Positions 1 to 8,400 of a DNA stretch of 64,000 nucleotides are shown piece after piece. The number at the start of each line of letters is the position of its first letter. Within the stretch, counting starts at the first letter, position 1. Position numbers and translations under genes: made by a program. The notes below the pieces were generated by a model. It was not told where the DNA came from. It did no database searches and saw nothing but the letters and a program-made list of their open reading frames with translations. This DNA comes from a bacterium (GTDB lineage Bacteria > Patescibacteriota > Dojkabacteria > GCA-016699595): assembly GCA_016699595.1 (NCBI GenBank), contig CP064982.1, positions 572,340 through 636,339 on the forward strand, given 5' to 3'.

Positions 1-1691
1 ACCTGCTCCAATTCATGGGATATTTCTGAATTCGCTGTTTCGTTTATGTTTATATCCTTGACTAAATCATGCAACTTACTTCGTTTATAATTTAATTTTA
101 TATATGAACTTAGTTTTTCAAATTCCTTTTTTGCCAATTCAATATTATCCGGCAAGTGGAGAAACGCAACCTTTTCTGAAAGCTCTATATTTTCATCACT
201 TCTTAAGAATTTAATTAGTTTATGGTAATCCGGAGGTACAGTCAAAAAATAGTTTTTCAATTGATCCACATCAAAACTATATTGATGTGCCACAAGCAAT
301 AGATAAACCTCTTTAATATCTATATTTTTAACAATATTAGAATTATCAAATTGAAGATTATTCAGATCATCATTACCAGCTTTAACTTGAGTTGTATCAT
401 GGGACTTTACTTTTTTGGACTTTATAAATTTTTGAAATTCAAATTCCAACAATTCCCTTTCTTGATCAAGAGATAAGGAGAGTTTAGTTATATATCCAGA
501 TATTAGTGTTTTGTCACTTAAGTATGATAAAAAGTAAAAATATTTATCTCTTAATCTTACTAGTTCATATGGGTCTTCGTAATTAATAGTTTTACTTTTC
601 AGTATATACTCAAAAAAATCTGAGCTCTTTGTAGCAAAAGATTTCCACTCATCAGGTTGACTTCGTACGAATTCATCGATATCTTTGTATTCTTTTGGAA
701 GGAGAGATATTTTTACCCTTAAGTTAGCTTCAGTAGCAAGAATGAACCCCTTTTCCAATGCCTTTGTTCCTGCTTCGTCATTATCCAAACAAAGCACAAG
801 ATTCTTTGTATACCTGCTAATAAGTTTCAATTGATCTACAGTAAGAGCCGTACCTAATGGAGCTACTATATTTCCGATTCCGACATTGGTTGAACTGATA
901 CAATCTATCTGACCTTCAGTAAGTATTGCAAAGTCATTTTCGACAATTTCATTCTTTCCTTGAAATAAATTGTATAGAGTGTTGGATTTCTTGAAGACTA
1001 TAGTTTCAGGTGAATTGATATACTTAGGTCGAGAGTCTCCTGGTAAAATTGTCCTTCCAGAAAATCCAATGATTTGTCCAACATTATCAAAAACAGGAAA
1101 CATCAGTCTATCATTAAATTTGTCAACTAAGTTTTGGCCTCTATATACAAACAGCCCTGATTCAGCAAGTGGTATCTCCAAATCACCAAGTTTTTTTGAA
1201 ATATAATTATTCAATTTAAGATACTTAGGAGCATAACCAATGGAGTACTTCTCAATAACTTCCTTGGTTAATCCTCTCGCATCGCAATATGTTCTAGCTT
1301 GATAGCCAAGATCGTTACGAAGTAATATATATTTATAAAGTTCAGATGCAAATTTATTTAACCTAAGTAAGTCATTCTTTTTTTTTGAAAATGATTTATC
1401 TTGATTGTGATCTTGCAATTCAATTCCAGCCTTTTTTGCACAAAGCTGCAGTGCAGTAAGAAAGTCTACATGTTCAATTTCTTGAATAAAGTTAATGACA
1501 TCTCCTGATTTATCACCTCCGAAATCTTTGAACCTACCGATGTCTTCGTTGACAATGAAACTTGCCGTACGCTCTTTTCGAAAAGGCGATAATGCAGACC
1601 AGTTTCTGCCGACTTTCTTCAAATCTGGCACATATTCTCGGACAACATCTACTATATTTAATTTTGATTTTATGAGTTCAATATCAGACAA
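1..1691 (-). CDS. dnaG: DNA primase DnaG, N-terminal ~560 aa; the C-terminus runs off the window start. Probable TTG start at 1691
   Basis: Manual minus-strand translation from 1691 gives LSDIELIKSKLNIVDVVREYVPDLKKVGRNWSALSPFRKERTASFIVNEDIGRFKDFGGDKSGDVINF (primase zinc-ribbon region). Further down, IIVAPLGTALTVDQLKLISRYTKNLVLCLDNDEAGTKALEKGF matches the TOPRIM core. An in-frame TAA lies immediately upstream of the TTG. The gene is absent from the ORF track only because its stop is outside the window. Confidence 0.75.
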   Translation of the reverse strand, partial: MSDIELIKSKLNIVDVVREYVPDLKKVGRNWSALSPFRKERTASFIVNEDIGRFKDFGGDKSGDVINFIQEIEHVDFLTALQLCAKKAGIELQDHNQDKSFSKKKNDLLRLNKFASELYKYILLRNDLGYQARTYCDARGLTKEVIEKYSIGYAPKYLKLNNYISKKLGDLEIPLAESGLFVYRGQNLVDKFNDRLMFPVFDNVGQIIGFSGRTILPGDSRPKYINSPETIVFKKSNTLYNLFQGKNEIVENDFAILTEGQIDCISSTNVGIGNIVAPLGTALTVDQLKLISRYTKNLVLCLDNDEAGTKALEKGFILATEANLRVKISLLPKEYKDIDEFVRSQPDEWKSFATKSSDFFEYILKSKTINYEDPYELVRLRDKYFYFLSYLSDKTLISGYITKLSLSLDQERELLEFEFQKFIKSKKVKSHDTTQVKAGNDDLNNLQFDNSNIVKNIDIKEVYLLLVAHQYSFDVDQLKNYFLTVPPDYHKLIKFLRSDENIELSEKVAFLHLPDNIELAKKEFEKLSSYIKLNYKRSKLHDLVKDININETANSEISHELEQ

Positions 1692-1829
1692 ATTAAGGTA
1701 AGCTTAGAATTCGCAAACTATATTTACGCAAACTTTAATCTAAGAAAGCAGAAAACTTAAATATATTTTAGCATAATTTGGTAAAATACTTTGCGTTTGA
1801 GACCATAGCTTTGTGTAAATAAACTTTAT

Positions 1830-2318
1830 TTGCAAATTATATTTTTAAGATTGAAAGAAAAAGAAATTGTAAAAAACAAAAAAGCCAGTTTTGATTATAT
1901 ATTTTTGGAAAAAATTGAAGCTGGTATAATTTTGAATGGAGATGAAGTTAAATCAATTCTCAATCATAATGTAAACTTTGCAAACAGCTATGTCAAGATG
2001 TTGAATTCAGGTCCAGAATTGATAAATTGTCATATTGGCTACTATAAATTCGCTAAATTTAAAACCAGAGATGAAACAGAGAGGTATACATACAGAAGTC
2101 GTAAACTCTTGCTAAATAAAAAACAAATTGCTAAACTAAGTTTACGAATCAAAAGAGACAGAGTAACAATTATTCCTATTAAATTTCACATAAATGAAAG
2201 AGGAAAAATCAAACTTGAAATTGCTGTTGCAAGAGGTAAGAAACTTTTTGATAAAAGACAAAGTGTGAAGGAAAGAGACTTTTTAAGAGAAAATAGCCGA
2301 AATCTAAAGCATAATTAA
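1830..2318 (+). CDS. smpB: SsrA-binding protein SmpB
   Basis: KNKKASFDYIFLEKIEAGIILNGDEVKSI...RKLLLNKKQIAKL...GKIKLEIAVARGKKLFDKRQSVKERD matches the SmpB family throughout. The track start at 1830 is TTG; the true start may be the TTG at 1851. Confidence 0.85.
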   Translation: MQIIFLRLKEKEIVKNKKASFDYIFLEKIEAGIILNGDEVKSILNHNVNFANSYVKMLNSGPELINCHIGYYKFAKFKTRDETERYTYRSRKLLLNKKQIAKLSLRIKRDRVTIIPIKFHINERGKIKLEIAVARGKKLFDKRQSVKERDFLRENSRNLKHN

Positions 2319-2327
2319 ACTTTCAAC

Positions 2328-3431
2328 ATGCCCCAGAACAATCAAATTAGTGCTTTGCAAAACAACACCCAAGCGGGTTCTACAAATCTACCCTTTGTAG
2401 GTAACTTAAACAATGATCTTCAAAACCAGAATTCCCTAAATTTGCCAGAAAATGATGATTTTTATACTGATTATCTACAGTTACAAATCCCTCAGGAAGA
2501 GTATCTTGATCACAACGGTAACGATTTGACAAAGTTTGAAAACAATAGGTTTCTCAGAGAAAGTCCTGAACTCCAGAAATATACTAATTTATTGATAGAC
2601 CTTCAAGACGGTACATATTTTGGAAAAAAGCTTACCTCGGAAGATGAGATGAGCCAACTCTGGGAGCAAAGGTATTATGGAGAGCAAAACAATCAACAAC
2701 AAGATCAAAAACTTTCTAAAGATAACAGTACTATATTTGGAATTCCTAGTTCACTAATTGATCAAAACAATACTTCAAATAATTCCACTATTAACAAATC
2801 AGATCTTGCTGGGATATTTCAAAATTATTTAAATTCAAATCCAACAAATGTAAGTACAGATAACCCTAGCGAAGAGATATTTGTAGAAGATATAGAAGAT
2901 ACAGATTTGACAGGTATTGATTATCCTTCCAATTTTGTTGACCCAAATTTACTCAGCAATTCACTTAGTACAAAGTTCACTGCCAACAGCCACCCTAATA
3001 GTGGCTCCACTACGACTAACTCAAGAAGACCGGAATCTATAGGAGCTTCTGCACAAACAACTGCAAAAGAAAATTTACAAAAAGAAGTAGATACAAATAT
3101 TGAATCACAAGTCGAAAAAATAAAAAGTGAAATCAAAGAAGAGATTACAAACGAAAGTAGTAGATCGAAGACTTCCAATACTATAAATAATAAAGACAGT
3201 GCCGAAAAAGAATCCAAAGATCTGACCAAAACAGTAGAGAGTTTGATAGGAAGTATAAAGCTCTACGGATATACATTGCCTAGCAGTGCGATAAATAAAG
3301 TAGCTAGATCAAAAGATCCTAAAAACCTCTACAAAAATCTAAACTCTCATTCTGCAAAATCTTGGTTGCTCGCACTTGCAGGCAAGCTTGCATTACAGCA
3401 AAACGAAAAAAGCAGACAACAGAAGAAGTAG
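2328..3431 (+). CDS. hypothetical low-complexity N/Q/S/T-rich protein
   Basis: 367-aa ORF with no recognisable catalytic motifs. It has long Asn/Gln/Ser-rich stretches and an acidic/lysine-rich C-terminal part. Confidence 0.5.
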   Translation: MPQNNQISALQNNTQAGSTNLPFVGNLNNDLQNQNSLNLPENDDFYTDYLQLQIPQEEYLDHNGNDLTKFENNRFLRESPELQKYTNLLIDLQDGTYFGKKLTSEDEMSQLWEQRYYGEQNNQQQDQKLSKDNSTIFGIPSSLIDQNNTSNNSTINKSDLAGIFQNYLNSNPTNVSTDNPSEEIFVEDIEDTDLTGIDYPSNFVDPNLLSNSLSTKFTANSHPNSGSTTTNSRRPESIGASAQTTAKENLQKEVDTNIESQVEKIKSEIKEEITNESSRSKTSNTINNKDSAEKESKDLTKTVESLIGSIKLYGYTLPSSAINKVARSKDPKNLYKNLNSHSAKSWLLALAGKLALQQNEKSRQQKK

Positions 3432-3497
3432 ATATACAGGAATATTCCATCGGAATTTCTGGCACAAAATTCATCAGAAAGCATTCTTTGATGATTT

Positions 3498-4454
3498 TCA
3501 ATTTTTACTTGACTTCTCTTTTTTATCAGTTTTGGCAGCCTCTGGATTCTGTTCAAGCCATTGATCCTTCAACCATTTCAAACCTGCTTGTTGCATTGCA
3601 ACATTTTGATAGTACAATCTCGTTCTTTCATCTATACCTTCTATCTGATCAAAGTTAGGAATGTCTAGGTTTTCTTCCCTTACTATCTGTGAGAGTAAAA
3701 TCATTACCGGCAAATAATCTCTAACTTCCTTCTCCCATTGTGCCTCCAATTCTTCAAAGGTCAACTTTTGAGATTCTAAATACTGTTCTTTTGTCAAACC
3801 TAAATCATTTAGTTTCTCATCAAAATGTATTCTTTGGTGATTAACTTCAAGCGACACAGGGTAATCAAGGGCTTCATACTCAGAAGCTTGCAACACTTCC
3901 TGCAAAAGTTCAGAATTGAACCTTTCTTCTGATTCTCTCACCTTTGCTAAAGTAAGACGAGATTTGACTTCATCTGGACTTACATCAGTTAGTTTATTTT
4001 GTTGGATATATTGTTCTACCTCTGAGTCACTTACATCTTCAGCATTTTGTGAGGCACTTACTTGCACATTTTTCATGTCCGGTAACTTGATATACGGGGC
4101 ATAGCCATATGCAATTAATATTTTTAGTTGTTTTTTGTCTTGAATACTTTTCTGAATGTCATCATCAAATTTGATTTCAGGCTCAGTTATTGGAAGTATT
4201 TTTTCCTCGGTAAGCACATATCTATAAGCTTCATCTATGATTATTTGTAGTGCCTCCATAACTATTTCCCTACCGTACTGAGATTCAATAATTGACAAAG
4301 GAACCTTGCCTTCTCTAAAACCGTCTAACTTCAAGTGTTTTGCCTTCTTCTCCAAAGCGCTAACTTTTGCATTTTCAAACAAATCATATTGTAAAGTTAT
4401 ATCGAAAGTTATTTTCGAGCCACCGTTATTTGTTTTGGTATATTGTATATTCAT
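3498..4454 (-). CDS. tig: trigger factor (short form, apparently lacking the PPIase domain)
   Basis: N-terminal KLDGFREGKVPLSIIESQYGREIVMEALQIIIDEAYRYV matches the trigger-factor ribosome-binding domain signature (GFRxGKVP). At 318 aa, with no FKBP-like segment, it is shorter than the usual ~430 aa. Confidence 0.7.
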   Translation of the reverse strand: MNIQYTKTNNGGSKITFDITLQYDLFENAKVSALEKKAKHLKLDGFREGKVPLSIIESQYGREIVMEALQIIIDEAYRYVLTEEKILPITEPEIKFDDDIQKSIQDKKQLKILIAYGYAPYIKLPDMKNVQVSASQNAEDVSDSEVEQYIQQNKLTDVSPDEVKSRLTLAKVRESEERFNSELLQEVLQASEYEALDYPVSLEVNHQRIHFDEKLNDLGLTKEQYLESQKLTFEELEAQWEKEVRDYLPVMILLSQIVREENLDIPNFDQIEGIDERTRLYYQNVAMQQAGLKWLKDQWLEQNPEAAKTDKKEKSSKN

Positions 4455-4487
4455 GATAAATAGTTAATTTGATAATTTGCAATAAGT

Positions 4488-5054
4488 TTAATGTTCTGGA
4501 GGCAAATTATCTATTCCTGACCAGTCTCCTATAATATTGTCAAGCAATTGCTCCTCATCATCACCAATTTTGCCTAAGATATCTTCCTTATCCTCGACAT
4601 TATGTTCTTGAGTATCATCATGTATCAAAAAGAAATCATCATCTCGTACATCTTTTTGTTTCAAATTTTTTGACGTTAAATCTTCCAAATCTTCCGACTG
4701 ATTTTCATTATCAAAGAGTGTATCATAGTCTTCTGACTTGCTTGAAGATTTCCTAGTTAGATTGATTTGTGAATTCTGAGTAGGTTTCTTGCCAATATTG
4801 TCTCTATTTCTTTTAATTCTTTTATTCTGATTTACCTTCGACGTCTCTGTAATGGGTTTTGTTTTTTTGAAAGTAACTTTTGTAAAAGATAAATCCTTTT
4901 TGGGAATTTCTTTTGATATAACAGAGCTTTTTCCCTTACTCTTTGTAGTATTGCTTTGAGATTTCTTCGTAATGATAGCTTCCTTATTTGATTTTGTTGA
5001 ATTAGACACCAGAGAATTCTTTGCCTTTGATGAGATAATTTTTTTCTTTGCCAT
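4488..5054 (-). CDS. hypothetical protein with a basic K/S-rich N-terminus and an acidic C-terminus
   Basis: 188-aa ORF beginning MAKKKIISSKAKNS... with many KS/KT repeats. The second half is Asp/Glu-rich. Confidence 0.45.
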   Translation of the reverse strand: MAKKKIISSKAKNSLVSNSTKSNKEAIITKKSQSNTTKSKGKSSVISKEIPKKDLSFTKVTFKKTKPITETSKVNQNKRIKRNRDNIGKKPTQNSQINLTRKSSSKSEDYDTLFDNENQSEDLEDLTSKNLKQKDVRDDDFFLIHDDTQEHNVEDKEDILGKIGDDEEQLLDNIIGDWSGIDNLPPEH

Positions 5055-5197
5055 TTCAGTAATTGTTTGTTACAATCAGTTGCGTATTAAATCATAATTA
5101 TATCCCTGTGTCAATATCAGTTGAATTTGTCGGTTACAGATAATTTTGATGTTGATCTTGCTTTATTTTGTGTGTCATTATCAAACATCACAAATGA

Positions 5198-5278
5198 GCC
5201 GAGGTGGCGAAATGGTAGACGCACTACCTTGAGGTGGTAGCGAGTAACATCATGCAGGTTCAAGTCCTGTCCTCGGTA
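5198..5278 (+). tRNA. tRNA-Leu (anticodon GAG) with a long variable arm
   Basis: Acceptor gccgagg/cctcggt. Anticodon stem-loop ctacc-ttGAGgt-ggtag. Variable arm cgagtaacatcatgc. T-arm gcagg-ttcaagt-cctgt. Confidence 0.8.
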
Positions 5279-5326
5279 TTTGATGTTTTTTGTAGACGAA
5301 TTACTTCTGTTATGGTATGATTTCAT

Positions 5327-5461
5327 ATGCCTCAAGATAATTCAACACTAGTTAATGATGATATAACACTGGAAGATTTGAATAAGTTGATTACTAAACT
5401 TGAAGAGGAATTACTAAAAAGTGCTTCAGATTCAAAGGCTTCTGAAAACTATGATAGTTAG
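5327..5461 (+). CDS. possible small acidic protein (44 aa) between tRNA genes
   Basis: ATG...TAG ORF encoding MPQDNSTLVNDDITLEDLNKLITKLEEELLKSASDSKASENYDS. Too short for the ORF track and has no homology signal, so it is speculative. Confidence 0.15.
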   Translation: MPQDNSTLVNDDITLEDLNKLITKLEEELLKSASDSKASENYDS

Positions 5462-5471
5462 GTTTGTACTT

Positions 5472-5545
5472 GGGATCATAGCTCAATTGGTTAGAGCACT
5501 CGCCTGTCACGCGAGAGGTTGCCGGTTCGATCCCGGTTGGTCCCG
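5472..5545 (+). tRNA. tRNA-Asp (anticodon GUC)
   Basis: Acceptor gggatca/tggtccc. Anticodon stem-loop ctcgc-ctGTCac-gcgag. T-loop ggttcgatcc. Confidence 0.85.
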
Positions 5546-5677
5546 CATCTAATACCTCACAGTACATCTATCAAATCTGGAATAATATATAAAGATATTG
5601 ATGCTCGGAATTATCTATCCTTCTCCTGCTCCCTATGGTTGGGTTGCTTGCAAAATTTCAGAATTTACCCAAATCAC

Positions 5678-5706
5678 TTGATGATAAGTTATCTATGATG
5701 TATACT
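5678..5706 (+). promoter_or_regulatory. sigma70-like promoter (TTGATG-17 nt-TATACT) upstream of tRNA-Ser
   Basis: -35 hexamer ttgatg at 5678-5683, a 17-nt spacer, then -10 hexamer tatact at 5701-5706, which is 12 nt before the tRNA 5' end. Confidence 0.45.
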
Positions 5707-5718
5707 CTAAGAACTATT

Positions 5719-5806
5719 GGAGGGTTACCCAAGTGGCTGAAGGGGAGGGTTTGCTAAACCCTTAGTAGGAGCAATCCTAGCGAGAGTTCGAATCTCTCAC
5801 CCTCCG
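5719..5806 (+). tRNA. tRNA-Ser (anticodon GCU) with a long variable arm
   Basis: Acceptor ggagggt/accctcc. Anticodon stem-loop agggt-ttGCTaa-accct. Long extra arm. T-loop gttcgaatc. Confidence 0.8.
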
Positions 5807-5816
5807 AATTAATCTT

Positions 5817-6908
5817 ATGAAAATCCTTATACTTCACGATTATCTCACAGTTTTTGGTGGAGCTGAGCAAGTTCTACTAAGTTTATTGGAGGTTTTTCCA
5901 AGTGCACAAATCTATACTTCAACTCTTTGGAAAGATGCTTTACCTCAAAACTTCGTAGACATTTTGAATAATCACTCATACAAAGAGAGCTTTCTAAAGT
6001 TTCTACCAAAACGAAAATCCTTGATTCCATTTTACCGAAAGATTGCTTTTCTCTCGTTTTTGTTTCTTGATCTAGATGATTTCGACATTATCATTGCAAA
6101 TACTTCAGGACCTGCAACTTGGTGCATAAGGCATAAATCTAAAGCAAAGCTAATTGCTTATTATCATAAGATACCTTCTTTTTCGTTTTTCCCTACAAAA
6201 AATATTTTGAAATTACTCTTGCATAAATTGGATAGCTTTTTCATAAAAAGATTTGATGTAGTTATTACAAATTCAAAGTTCAATCAGTCAAACTTCAGAA
6301 AGGTATTTGATATAAACGCTCAGGTAGTTTATCCAGTTGTACAGTTGGAACAAAATGCTATCCCTACCAAAAAAGAGGATTTTTTTCTTTTTGTGGGTCG
6401 GCTTGAAAAATACAAAGGTATCACAGAAATAGTTCAGTCTTGCATTGATAAAGGTAAAAAGCTTATTGTGGTAGGCAAAGGTTCGTTGATGCCTAAAAAT
6501 GATAGTACTACTAGTAGCAAGAAAACATTACCAATTCATGAGTTAATTGAATACAGGGGCTTTGTAAGCGAAAAGGAGAAGTTTGAATTGTTTCGCAAAG
6601 CTAAGGCATTTATCACTGCTGGAGGGGATAGAGAAGAATTTGGTATCACTGCACTTGAGTCTATTTTCTGTCTAACCCCAGTTATAGCTCATAAAAGAGG
6701 AGGTGTTGTTGAACTCGTGAGAGAGTTTGATGGCAAATCAGGAAATGCATTTCTTTTTGACCAAATGACTGTCCAAGACATCAGTAACACTATTGAAAAG
6801 TTTGAAAGTAATAGAGAAATTATTACAAATAATTTTCATCTCCTTGACCATAACCTATTCTCACACGCAACATTTCAAACTAATTTACTAAAAATCATAA
6901 AGCTCTAA
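5817..6908 (+). CDS. glycosyltransferase family 1 (GT4-like)
   Basis: MKILILHDYLTVFGGAEQVLLSL start. FVGRLEKYKGI and EEFGITALESI match the GT-B family-1 E-x7-E region. Confidence 0.75.
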   Translation: MKILILHDYLTVFGGAEQVLLSLLEVFPSAQIYTSTLWKDALPQNFVDILNNHSYKESFLKFLPKRKSLIPFYRKIAFLSFLFLDLDDFDIIIANTSGPATWCIRHKSKAKLIAYYHKIPSFSFFPTKNILKLLLHKLDSFFIKRFDVVITNSKFNQSNFRKVFDINAQVVYPVVQLEQNAIPTKKEDFFLFVGRLEKYKGITEIVQSCIDKGKKLIVVGKGSLMPKNDSTTSSKKTLPIHELIEYRGFVSEKEKFELFRKAKAFITAGGDREEFGITALESIFCLTPVIAHKRGGVVELVREFDGKSGNAFLFDQMTVQDISNTIEKFESNREIITNNFHLLDHNLFSHATFQTNLLKIIKL

Positions 6909-6928
6909 ATATCATTTTTATAGTTATC

Positions 6929-7570
6929 ATGAATAACATTGCAATGATCAAAGTGTCGAAAATTTTGATAAAAAGGAATAAGTTTATTATAGATTTTGAC
7001 AATTTCGAGAAAATTTTGACAACAGCAAATACTTTGGCGAGTTACAGAGTTCACATCGACAAAGAATTTGATGAGAACACTTTCCAAAGTTTCAAAAGAG
7101 ATTCAGAACTAGGAATATTGCATCAAAAATGTCTGGATATCTTGTATCGTAAAAAGGTAAATAGATCACAACTCAAAAGAAAGATAGACATATGGAAAAG
7201 AAAAGTTTCATTAGAATTTGAAGATAATATATGGAGTGCAGAACTCCAGAGGCTAGAAGACTTGCAATTGTTAAATGAAGGTGAAATGATTATTACTGAT
7301 ATACAAAAGTATCTAAATAAAGGAAAAGGTAAAAATTATATAAAAAATAAGTTGCTTGAAAAAGGATACAATAGAAGTGATATTACACTTAGTTTATCTG
7401 AGATAGAAGAAGATCTAGAAATTATACAACAATTGTTAGAAAAAAAGTATGACTCCTTGAAAGAAAAGTATGACAAGAGAAAATCAAAAGAGCACCTTTT
7501 TAGATTTGGTTTGAGTAGAGGATATGACCCAAAAAAAGTAACAGATGCCATAAAGAGAATTTTTGATTGA
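6929..7570 (+). CDS. RecX-like regulatory protein (tentative)
   Basis: 213-aa helical protein with three repeated ~50-aa modules and a C-terminal LFRFGLSRGYDPKKVTDAIKRI, resembling the RecX three-helix repeats. The assignment is weak. Confidence 0.35.
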   Translation: MNNIAMIKVSKILIKRNKFIIDFDNFEKILTTANTLASYRVHIDKEFDENTFQSFKRDSELGILHQKCLDILYRKKVNRSQLKRKIDIWKRKVSLEFEDNIWSAELQRLEDLQLLNEGEMIITDIQKYLNKGKGKNYIKNKLLEKGYNRSDITLSLSEIEEDLEIIQQLLEKKYDSLKEKYDKRKSKEHLFRFGLSRGYDPKKVTDAIKRIFD

Positions 7571-7640
7571 TAATTTCAACCTTTGTTGGTAAAATCACTT
7601 TTTAGTTACATTGTATAGAAATTTTAATTCAAGAAATTTT

Positions 7641-8057
7641 ATGAATAAATATACTGATATAACAAATTCATTTTTGAGAAAATGGCCATCTTTTTCCACC
7701 GGGGATACTGTCTCTGTGACATACAAAATCGACGAGAATAGAACTCAGACTTTCACCGGCATTGTTCTTTATGTCAAAGGGTCGGGGATTTCTGCTACAT
7801 TTTGCGTTAGGAAAATTGGAGCAAATTCTATAGGTGTGGAAAAAATACTTCCTTTGCATTCCCCTGTAATTACGGAGATAAAGGTTGAAAAGCGAGGTAA
7901 AGTTCGAAGAAACAAGATCTTTTATATGAGAGAGAGGGTTGGAAAATCTGCACTTAAGATCACAGAAGATAAGAACTATGTAGAGCCAGAAGCATTCGAA
8001 GTAATTGAAGAAACACCTAGAAGTGAAGAAGTATTTACAGTTGCTACAGAAGATTAG
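7641..8057 (+). CDS. rplS: 50S ribosomal protein L19 (bL19)
   Basis: FSTGDTVSVTYKIDENRTQTFTGIVLYVKGSGISATFCVRKIGANSIGVEKILPLHSPVITEIKVEKRGKVRRNKIFYMRERVGKSA matches L19 throughout. The ATG at 7641 is preferred over the track's TTG at 7611. Confidence 0.85.
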   Translation: MNKYTDITNSFLRKWPSFSTGDTVSVTYKIDENRTQTFTGIVLYVKGSGISATFCVRKIGANSIGVEKILPLHSPVITEIKVEKRGKVRRNKIFYMRERVGKSALKITEDKNYVEPEAFEVIEETPRSEEVFTVATED

Positions 8058-8102
8058 GTTTATTAACTTTATATAAAAAGATTCAAAATAATTAAACACC
8101 TT

Positions 8103-8174
8103 GGGAGCGTAGCTCAATGGTAGAGCAGTTGCCTTTTAAGCAATTGGTTCTGGGTTCGAGTCCCGGCGCTCTCA
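8103..8174 (+). tRNA. tRNA-Lys (anticodon UUU)
   Basis: Acceptor gggagcg/cgctctc, discriminator A. Anticodon stem-loop gttgc-ctTTTaa-gcaat. T-arm ctggg-ttcgagt-cccgg. Confidence 0.8.
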
Positions 8175-8390
8175 AATTCCGATTTTTCACGCAGTATCCA
8201 AATGACCTAAGTTTGGAAAGTGGAAGCGAGAAACAACTCGTTAAAATAAAGAGTATATTAAGGTGGTACCGTTCCAATTCGTGACTATAAGTATAATGCA
8301 TAAATTTGCTTGATATTTATAATCAAAATTTGAACCCTTAAGCAATTTCTAAATCAAATTAGATTTCGCTTGAGGGTTTTTTTGTTAATT
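8175..8390 (+). promoter_or_regulatory. candidate T-box riboswitch leader (ultrashort Stem I, CCU specifier) upstream of the UDG-like/UDG-like/proS operon
   Basis: AUUAAGGUGGUACCG at 8257-8271 is a close match to the T-box consensus AAUUAGGGUGGNACCGCG. The proposed antiterminator is AAGG / UGGUACC bulge / GUUC (8260-8274) pairing with GAAC-CCUU (8332-8339). A competing terminator lies at 8333-8383. The hairpin ccaaa-UGACCUAAG-tttgg (8198-8216) displays CCU followed by A in its loop, as in the ultrashort Stem I of actinobacterial ileS T-boxes. Confidence 0.4.
8333..8383 (+). terminator. intrinsic terminator-like hairpin plus U-tract (the terminator arm of the candidate T-box)
   Basis: aacccttaagc (8333-8343) pairs with gcttgagggtt (8368-8378) as an 11-bp stem containing one G·U and a 24-nt loop. 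It is followed by ttttttt (8377-8383), 18 nt before the ATG at 8401. Confidence 0.4.
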
Positions 8391-8400
8391 GAAATATTTA

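Noticed and set aside
970-1701. Plus-strand ORFs 970-1206 and 1495-1701
   Set aside because: They lie antisense to a clearly coding dnaG reading frame (minus strand). They have low-complexity translations and no motifs.
1692-1829. tmRNA (ssrA) next to smpB
   Set aside because: The 138-bp gap is too short and shows no tRNA-like acceptor/T-arm or tag-peptide reading frame.
5117-5335. Minus-strand 72-aa ORF
   Set aside because: It overlaps tRNA-Leu on the opposite strand. Spurious.
7668-8301. Minus-strand ORFs 7668-8117 and 8092-8301
   Set aside because: Antisense to rplS and overlapping tRNA-Lys. Cys/Phe-rich translations typical of AT-rich antisense frames.
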